Source: Candidatus Liberimonas magnetica (GTDB lineage Bacteria > Elusimicrobiota > Endomicrobiia > Endomicrobiales > JAFGIL01). From it: a stretch of DNA of 64,000 nt. Within the stretch, counting starts at the first letter, position 1, and each line of letters opens with the position of its first letter. The notes under the pieces are model-generated. The model was not told the DNA's origin and did not search any database. It saw only the letters and a program-made list of their open reading frames with translations. Below, in pieces: positions 52,801 through 61,800 of this stretch. The stretch covers positions 2,492 to 66,491 of the forward strand of contig JAJAPY010000017.1 in the NCBI GenBank assembly GCA_020523885.1, in the 5' to 3' direction. The position numbers and the translations under genes were made by a program.

Positions 52801-55800
52801 ATCATTAATAAGTGTTGCATCTTTTAATGAAATATCTTCTTTGGGATGACCGTCTCTTGAAGATGCTTGATCGTGGTCAATAGATGGTATTGAAGAAGTT
52901 TTTTCGATACGTTCATTTAAAACATCCAATAATTGTATTGTGTCTTCAGTGCCTTGAGTCCAGATGACCTTTGCCCCTTCTGGTATCAAATCAGCTACAG
53001 GTAAATCATTTGTGGTTTCACCTTCAATTATTTTATTTATTACACTTTTTTCTACCTTTTTCATGCCGAAAGAATCACCAACATAAGCAACTTTATTTAA
53101 CGGGAAATCATAGTATTTAGCCATCTTCACTATTGTATCTTTTTTACTTGGGCGCATTTTTAATAAAACATATAAAAACTTTAATAATCCAGGCAAATAT
53201 TTATTTTTATAAATAACTTTTTTGTGTATCTTTTTATCTGTTCCAATTGTGAATTCATAAGCATTAAGCCCGTTCAATTCATAAAGTCTTATAGATTTCC
53301 CATCTAATTTTTCCAAAAGCGGCCTTAGCCCGTTTAGTTTATGTTCGTATATACCGCCAGTTAAAATTGTCAAATGTCTGCCCTCGGCTAATACTTTTAG
53401 TAAATCCGTTTCTTTATCTGACATTTTTGCAGTGCCTTCCCAAAGGGTATGGTCATAATCGAAAATGAATTGATCGATATTATCAAATTCCCCTGATTTA
53501 ATGGCTTCAATAGCTTTGGCGATTGTCATCGGTATAGGCTTCTCTTTATTTTCTTTGGCCTGATTGGCAATAATAAGTTCCTTGGCATAAGTTAAGAGAT
53601 TGATATTACTTTGAGCATCTTCCTTACTGATGCCCTGTATAGGCTGGTTTGAATTGGCAACAAAATAAAGGAATTTGTGGAAGTTATCTGGAGTTCTGTT
53701 GTTATCTTTTATCTTTGGCTGAAATAGGTATTCCGAGAATGATTTGTATATTAGAGAGGATTGTTCGTTTATGCCATCAAATTCTAATTTCTCATGCTGA
53801 GCGATTATTCTTAGAGCGTCTTCTATAGTTTGTCCTTCAGGAGGCGCCCGAAGGAGTGAATATGCAAGGACAGAATTTAAAAGGAGCTTATTGTCTTCTA
53901 TGGTAGCAAGGGCATAAGCGTTCTCATCCAGGATCAAGTCCGGGCTGTCCCATATTTCTATATCGGTAATATCATGCGTGTTAAGAGATGCCGCCAGTTT
54001 ATTAATATCTGGCAAGTTAACCTCTTTAAGGGCTGAATCGAAATCTTCCGTGACATTCTTTCCTGACCTAAAAAGCTCTATGAGTTTTTTTGCAAGGATT
54101 ACTGATCCTTTATGGATAATACTAGAAATAAATAGGCTTAGAAAAACTGTGGTTTTTGCAGCTTTTAGCAGTCTGTTCAGATCTTCCCCGACCGCAGTCG
54201 CTTTTTCAGGCTTCTTTAGTTTTTGTCTTGTTTTTGATCTTGCAGCTGGCTGTTCAGTTACAGGAGATGACAGAGTTCCTAATTGATATTCTTGAATTAA
54301 TAAAGCGTTTATTGATTCCAATATTAAATTCTTTACTTTCCAGACATTAAATTTATCTATGCTCCTGGCTGAAATAGAAATCCTGCTGTTTTGTGCATCT
54401 ATCTGGTAATCTTTTTGTTTCCCGGAGGCTTCTATCTCGTCAACTATCTCAAATCTCAACTTCTGTCCCAAAATATAGGAATAAACATCTACTTTTATTC
54501 CTTCGACAGATAAATTCTCTTTGTCTTTACGCAATAAACGCAATGCATCCAAAACGTCATTTTTTCTGCGCCTATCCTTACTGAATATAAAAAATCCACG
54601 CTTTGCATAATCTGCATACATCATCTTGAAAATATATAAACCCTGATAATCATCCGGTATATAATTCAATACATTATCCAAAAGAAGGTTTTCTCTCCTT
54701 AGCAATATATTTATTATTTCTTTTATCCTGTATAAGATATTGGCTTTAAGCTTCGGCCTTACCTCCAACAGTCTTTCCATAAAATCCCTGTATTCCAGAA
54801 AGACCATGAAATCGTTCTTTATAAGGCCCTCCAGTTTCTCCAGTGACTTAGTGTTATTTGTATCTCTTAAATAATTCAGGAAATCGTCAAAATTGTTGGG
54901 TGGATAGTTTTTCCAATTCGCTACCCTCTCTTTCCTCTCCTCGCCGGTCATCGAAATAATGAACGAGTCTGCTTTCAGTTTGTTCATTTTTTCTATCCAG
55001 GCAGACTTATTTGCAATATATGCTCCTAAGATCTTGCCTTCCTTCGAAGAGGACAAGAACTCGCCTGCTATCTTTGGATTTAATTGCAATAAACCTTTTA
55101 TGCTATTTATATCTTTTATAATGCCTTTATTTATTCCTTCGTTTATCAATTCAACCAATTTAAGGAATTCTACCTTCCCGCTGTCTGTTAAGACCGACAC
55201 ATCTTTTTTTGTTTTCTTTCTCCGTGCTGCTATTACTAGATTTGCCAAAGCAGCTATAGAGGAGTATATCAATAGTTCTTGTAACGGCTGCAACGGCCAA
55301 ACAATGTTGAAAGTTTCATAAAGCATGTCAGACTTATATAGCGTATAACCCGAATTTAAAGACTTGCCATGGGTATTAACAGCTACATAACGCTGTGTAT
55401 ACAAATACCTGAAATCTTGACTTGCAGCTACGGAAATAGTTATCTTATTTACATCCTTAGGCAGCGCTGTGCCAAATGTGTCCCTGAAATCTTTTGAAGC
55501 GGCAAATTTTATGGCGTCTTCAAACGTTGCTGAGTTTAGTATTATATTTACATAAGGGCTCATGATATTCCATTTCTCTGTCTTAATGTCCCGGTATATA
55601 ATGAATTCATGCACAAAATGTGAGCGTATGCTATCCTGTATTGAATTACTTTTCGGTTTGGTCTGCCAGTCTATCAAGATTGTATAAGTCTTGTAGCCGT
55701 GCAACTGCAAGGCTTTTTCCGCAAACCTTGAATAGCCTGAACACAGAGTCCCGTACTTATCATACTGGCCTTTTGTCCTGTTTAATCCCCAGATAACTTC

Positions 55801-58800
55801 CGATGAAGCAGATTGAAAAGCTTCTATCCTGGGTTTCCAAGGTGCCATATATTTTGCTATTTTTGTTGGAGTATCTAGACTGGCCATCGTTTCATTATAT
55901 GCTTTTCTATCAAAATCTTTATCTACCAATTGTGGCACCTCAGAAAGGGTTCTTAGATAAATGGCATCTGCCAAGGATGTGGTCTGGTAACCGAAAACCG
56001 CTGCTGTCCCGATACTACACAGCATTATTATCAGAAAAGATGTAAGTACCCCTTTCTCTATACGTTTCCAAGTTTTTCGCCAAGCGTTTTGTATAAGCGC
56101 TTGTCCTACATACTGCCTTAGAACCGTCTTTAGGGTATTTATGTTCCCGAATATCTTTCTCGGCTCGCCCTCATAGATCTCTTTGCGTTTGTCATGCCTT
56201 GCATCCACTGTCTTAGGAAGCCCATACTCTGCTATATGAGCTAAATAGTAAAGTATTTCAGGCAGATTCAATATATTCTTCCTTAGAAAATCTGCCGGCA
56301 GTACTATCTGATTATTCTTTGTATATCCCAAAAGGAACTTCTCTTTACCCTCAATTATAGGATTAAATTTCATTATACTGCCGTTTGCTATACCTTCGCT
56401 GATCGAATTTAACCGTGCCAGTACCCTTAGCGCTCTTAAACTGTCGTCTGTGTCCAGATTGCCCAATCTTATGGAAGAATATACTTTTTTCTTTACTGTC
56501 TGGACTGCTCTTAACACGATCTTTTCTTCCCGGGGATTTAAAGTAAAATTTATTACTTTAACTCTATTGATAGGGAAGGTCCCTATTTCGCCTGATTTTG
56601 CGCCTTTTAATTCCTTGACTTTTGACAGCTCAAGGAAATTTTTTAACCTTTCATCAGCCCGCCTGGCATTTATATACAACAAAACAACAGTATTTGCCGC
56701 AAGTAATACTCCTGAAACAATACCAAACCAGGTAGGCATTACTCCCGCAAAAGTCAATAATACCCCGGCGAACCCGACTGCAATGGACATTGCCATAGCA
56801 ACCTCTATCATAGATTGCCCTATTTCTTCTTTAGACTGCACAATTTCTTCGGTAGGCAATTCCAAACTCCTGCCCTGCTGAAGCTGTTCTTCCAGCGAGG
56901 AAAGAGCACTTTCAATTGCTTCTACCGGATTGGCATTAAAGGTTGTATAGGTTTTTATTTCATTCAAAATATGTTCTGTCAATTGTTCTGCAGTTTTGTT
57001 TTCCTTATAAACCTGGACAAGAACAGCCCCAATCCTGACAAGGAAGCCATTGAACTGAAAATACCCTAAGGATGAAGCCTTTAGCACCGGTACCAGGAGA
57101 TTCTCTAAAAGCAATTCCTTTTCCCGGGGTTGCATGTTCTCCGGCAGGTTGTTTACAAATGCAGCTAAGGCTTTCATGTAGAGGTTCCATTCACTGAAAA
57201 CATTTGCAGCCGCAGACTGGTTTGATATTAAATTCTTTCTTGAAGAATCAAGGCTAAGTTTAAAAACTTGCAGCAGGAGTTCTTTAACCGCTGTATATGA
57301 AACCCCCTTCTTATTAAGGTTTTTCAGTAATTCTGTCAGGGAATTTAGATAGGCATAGAATTCCACAGGTGTTCCTGTTTCCTGAATAAGGACCGGCAAA
57401 ACATCGCTCATCAGGCCTTTAATACCCATCTTTACAACGTCATCTACTTGTCCTGATCCAGGGATAAGGCCCAGGGCAAATTCCTGGATCTTATTAAGAT
57501 AAGGCTTGAATTCAGTCCCTGCATACTGTGAAGGTGCTAATATTACTGACCCTGATATTTTGATATTCAAAAATGCGATAACTATCGGTGTGATTGCTCC
57601 GTTAAACTCAAGGCCCTTATCTTTAAGAGCTGCCATAAAAGCCGTGAGGTTATTAAGATAATCCATATATTCAAAAAAAGTTTTAGATTTTTCAATTAAA
57701 GCTTTCACATAGTCTTCAGTTTCTGTAAGATTAGCGCCTAAACCCGGCAAAGATATGACGAACTTGCTTGTCTTATCTAAGTAAGCAATAATTTCTTTAG
57801 CCGAAGAGGTTTTATTGATTATTGATAAAATGATAATTTGAAGTACGGAAGGCTTAATTTTAAGGTTTTGCAGGCTCGAAATTAATTCTGTAATATGCAT
57901 GAGAACAGTAAGCTTCTCCACTGGGTCAAACTTTTTATTATTAATTGATTTGGATATTCCAACCGCAGTAAGCAATGAGACCTGGGATGCTATTATTTTA
58001 AGCTGGCTTCCATCGAGACTTGTATCGTTTAAGATCGCAGTCGCTGTCGCAATATCATCAGGAGATAATTGGTTCAATTGTTCAAGTAAGTTATCTTGAG
58101 CAGGAAGTGCTATCTGGCCTTCACTTTTAGAAAGGCCGGGTTGTCCGATTATGTAAGGTTTAGTTAATTTGTGTTTACTGAAATTTAGGTTATACCAGGC
58201 GTGAGATCTTATGTTTGCTCGTTTTGCAGAGTGTTTTGCGATTTTCAAAGCCGCATTAAAAGCATTTTTGTGGATGAGCGAAGAAAGGAAGTTATAGGTC
58301 CAGGCAGCATACATAGTGGCTGTTATGGCCGCAACGCCGAAAGCTCTTTGAATGTACCCTCCCCTGTATCTATTTTCACCTCTATAGTGGTCTAAGTAAA
58401 ATCTTATCGGATTAAGCGTATCTTCAAACTCCCTGGTTGCTATCTGCCAGGCAACCCAGCTATCAAATTCTTCCTGTTTTTTTATTGGAGCGGTTGCTTC
58501 CAGATTCTCATTTTCTGTTTCATTCCCGTTTATTGTATCTCTCAAGTCAGTAACGATATTTTTAATCGTTTTTACAAGTTTTTCTTTTTCAAAAATGTTC
58601 GATGAATCTTTACCGGCTATGACGGGCAGAATACCGTTGTCCAATTCATCATAACTCCTGTTTTTAAAAGGGTTTTCAACCGAGGCAGCATCTTCTATCA
58701 GATCTTGGGCTGAGCGTAATTCACTGGATGTAAAATGCTTTGCATTTTTCTGGTTCCAGAGTATATTTAGAAACAATTTTTCTTCCACTGATTTTGCTGT

Positions 58801-61800
58801 AGGTCCTGTAACAATAACACCGTAGTCGAATATATCGGCGCTACCTCCGATATTATGGCCAAAATTCCCCGGATAGGTATTCTGCGAACCTATATAAAAT
58901 GCTTTCCCGTCAACAGCTACGTATTTATTATGGTTCATAGTTTTAGCTTTGGCAAAATGGACCCTGTCCAAAGCTTTCTGTATCTCTTGCGGGTCTTTTA
59001 TCCCTGCATTCAGCATCCATAACACGCCAGCAAGCCTTAGTTTATTCACCTGTTCCGGAGTGTTCCTTGAAACTATAATATCGACATCCAAGCCGTCAAG
59101 AGCCTTCTTAAACAGCCTTGCTATGATTCCCGGGTTATATGAATCTCCAAGGTAAGCCAGCATATCCTGAGACATATAAATATGGTTTTCAGCCGCGTCA
59201 AGAAGCGCATAAAGAGCTTTATCTCCGGAGTAATCTTCCTTTTGTTCCAGCAAATTGAACCTTCCCCTAAGAGTTGAATAAGCGGTTACTTTTTCTTCCG
59301 GGTTATTATAAACCTCTTTATCAATTTGAGGAACAGGAGGCGTGTTGTGACAGTCTTTCCAGCCGCCCCAACTGCACCGGGCACCCATCCTGAATATCAT
59401 ATTTGAACCTACGTCATAAAGCCTGTCAAACGCTGCCTGGGCTTCCTGAGCTATCTGGCCATGCAATATCAAAGACAGGTCTGACCACGGCCTGTTTTTA
59501 CGGACATAAACGTTCCCAAAATTGTGCCCGCCCGTTATGAGCGTGCCTCCGGAAGCGCCATCTATAAGAACCATTTTTGAATGATTGAAATTAAGACCCG
59601 GTTTATTATAATTAACGGAAATGAAAGCAATATTTACTTTCCACTTTCTATCTTGCGGCAGCATGCTTGTAAGCGCATCATATAATATATTTATTCTTTT
59701 CTTACTAAAATTCATGCCGGCGATAATACGGATCAAGGGATATGTACCACTTTCGTTTTCCGGTATACTGGCTTCCAGTTCTGCTATTGCCGGCGCTAAA
59801 TATTTTCTGACCATATCCTCATCATAGGACAGCGAAGATATGTCAACAGTTGATTTTGCTTTAGGTATTGCTTTTCCCAGCCTTTCAAAAAATGCTTCCC
59901 CGCTCTCTTTTGAGTTAGTAAAAAACAGCCAGTCAGGCAAGCCTTCAATAGCGTTATGCTCGGTTTCCGGAAGCAGGTATGTTTCCGGCGCATAATTTTC
60001 ATCACCTAAGGCAGCTATCAGCGTGCTATGAAGCTTTTCTTCAAAGTTTTTATATTTTACCTGATTTCTTTTCTTGTCTTTTATAAGGCCGGTTTTTTTA
60101 ATAAGCCTCCACCACAGGTCTGCGGAAAATAGGATTCCCCCTAAAATAATATCCTTTGTAAAACCTATTATAGATAATATCCAGTGAAAAACACTTGGCG
60201 ATTCTTCACTCTTATCATTGTCAACGTTTGTTTCGTTTTCAGGCAAAGCCTGAGGCAAATTGGCTTTTTTCCTCTCTTCTTCTACCCAGGCCCTGTGTTT
60301 GGGAAGTATAAGGCCGGCTTGTTCTTCAGGAATAACTTCGGTTGCCACAGAGGCATTATCTGAAACGTCTAAAACAGGCTTTAATTGCGGCGTTTCATCC
60401 CGAACATCATTTAATTCTGTTTCATCGTTTAAATCGTACCTGAAATACTCCGTAGCAGGTACAGTCCCAGTTTCCTCTTCTGATATAACCTCGGCATTTT
60501 CGCCGAACAATATTTCCGCCGTACCGGGTAGGACATGCCCGCTGATGTATTTGTACTTAATTCTGCCTGTCCTTGCTATGTCTATCAATTGCGACCGCAG
60601 AGCGGTAGTTATTCCTTTATCTCGGAATTCACTGCTTACTGCGACCTCTTCTATGTAAAGCGTGTTTCTTCTGCCAAGATTGCTGTCTATATCCCTATTC
60701 ACCACATCAGATTCATTTTCAAGCGGCCTTGCTATGAGAAAGCCTACAACCTTGTTTTCACGTTCTGCAATAAGGAATATACTCCTTGAATCCCTAAGAG
60801 CATCAGTAAGAGACCTTGTCTCAGGCACTACATCACTGCTAAAGCACTCAAAATTTATTCTCTTTATATCGTTTTTATATAATTTCCAATCTCTGTTGTC
60901 AGACCTTCTAATTTTTATGTCGCCCACAACTGTTACTTCCGGCGGCACAGTCTTAATTGATTTTTTAGTTTGTTTGGTTTTTCTCGCTTTTACTTCAGGC
61001 TCAGGAGCTTGTACTCCAAATGCAGTTACAGGAGGGACAAACCTCTTAACATCGTCTGGCACGGGCAGGTTTTTAGCCTGCATCCAGGCCGAATACCATA
61101 TATCTGCAACTGCCTGGCATGTAAATTTATACACAGCATCTTTCTTCTCCTCTAAATCGGCAGTTGAGCTGTGGACAGCTTTGCTCATTGAGGGTAAGGA
61201 TACTATATAAGCTTTCAAATTTTTCACATACCTGGCGCTTTCAATCGGAATACCTTCTAAATCACGCGTCTTGAATTTATTCTCTATAGTATGATGATCT
61301 TCAACAGAATGTACTACCGTATCTGCTGTATAATGAGCTATTATTCCCAGGCTGAATGCTATCGCTCCTGGATCTTTGTTCATTTTTATAAGGTTTTGTA
61401 AAACCCCTATCTCTTGAATCAGCCTGGATCGGGGATCAGTATGGTTCGTCCCGTCTCTGACCCGGTCGGGAGATACTGAACCCTCAAGAAGCCTGCCCAT
61501 GTTCTGTTTTAAAAGGTCCTTAAGATCGTCCGGCATTACTTTAAAAGCGTACTCCGAAACACGCCTGTGGGTTCCCTGCGCATAGGGCATTTCTAATTGG
61601 TCGGAAAATCTTGACAAATTACGTGGATTCATTTCAGAAGGCTGAGATAAGGCCAGACCGTCAATATTTGAGTGTTCATCAGTTCCTTCAGCAGTCAACG
61701 CTAATAGATTCTGCAGATCAACGACACCCTGAGTTTTCCCAGCTGCTGCAGTATCTACATTTTCATTGACTACAGGTATTTGCGAACGGACGATACCGAT

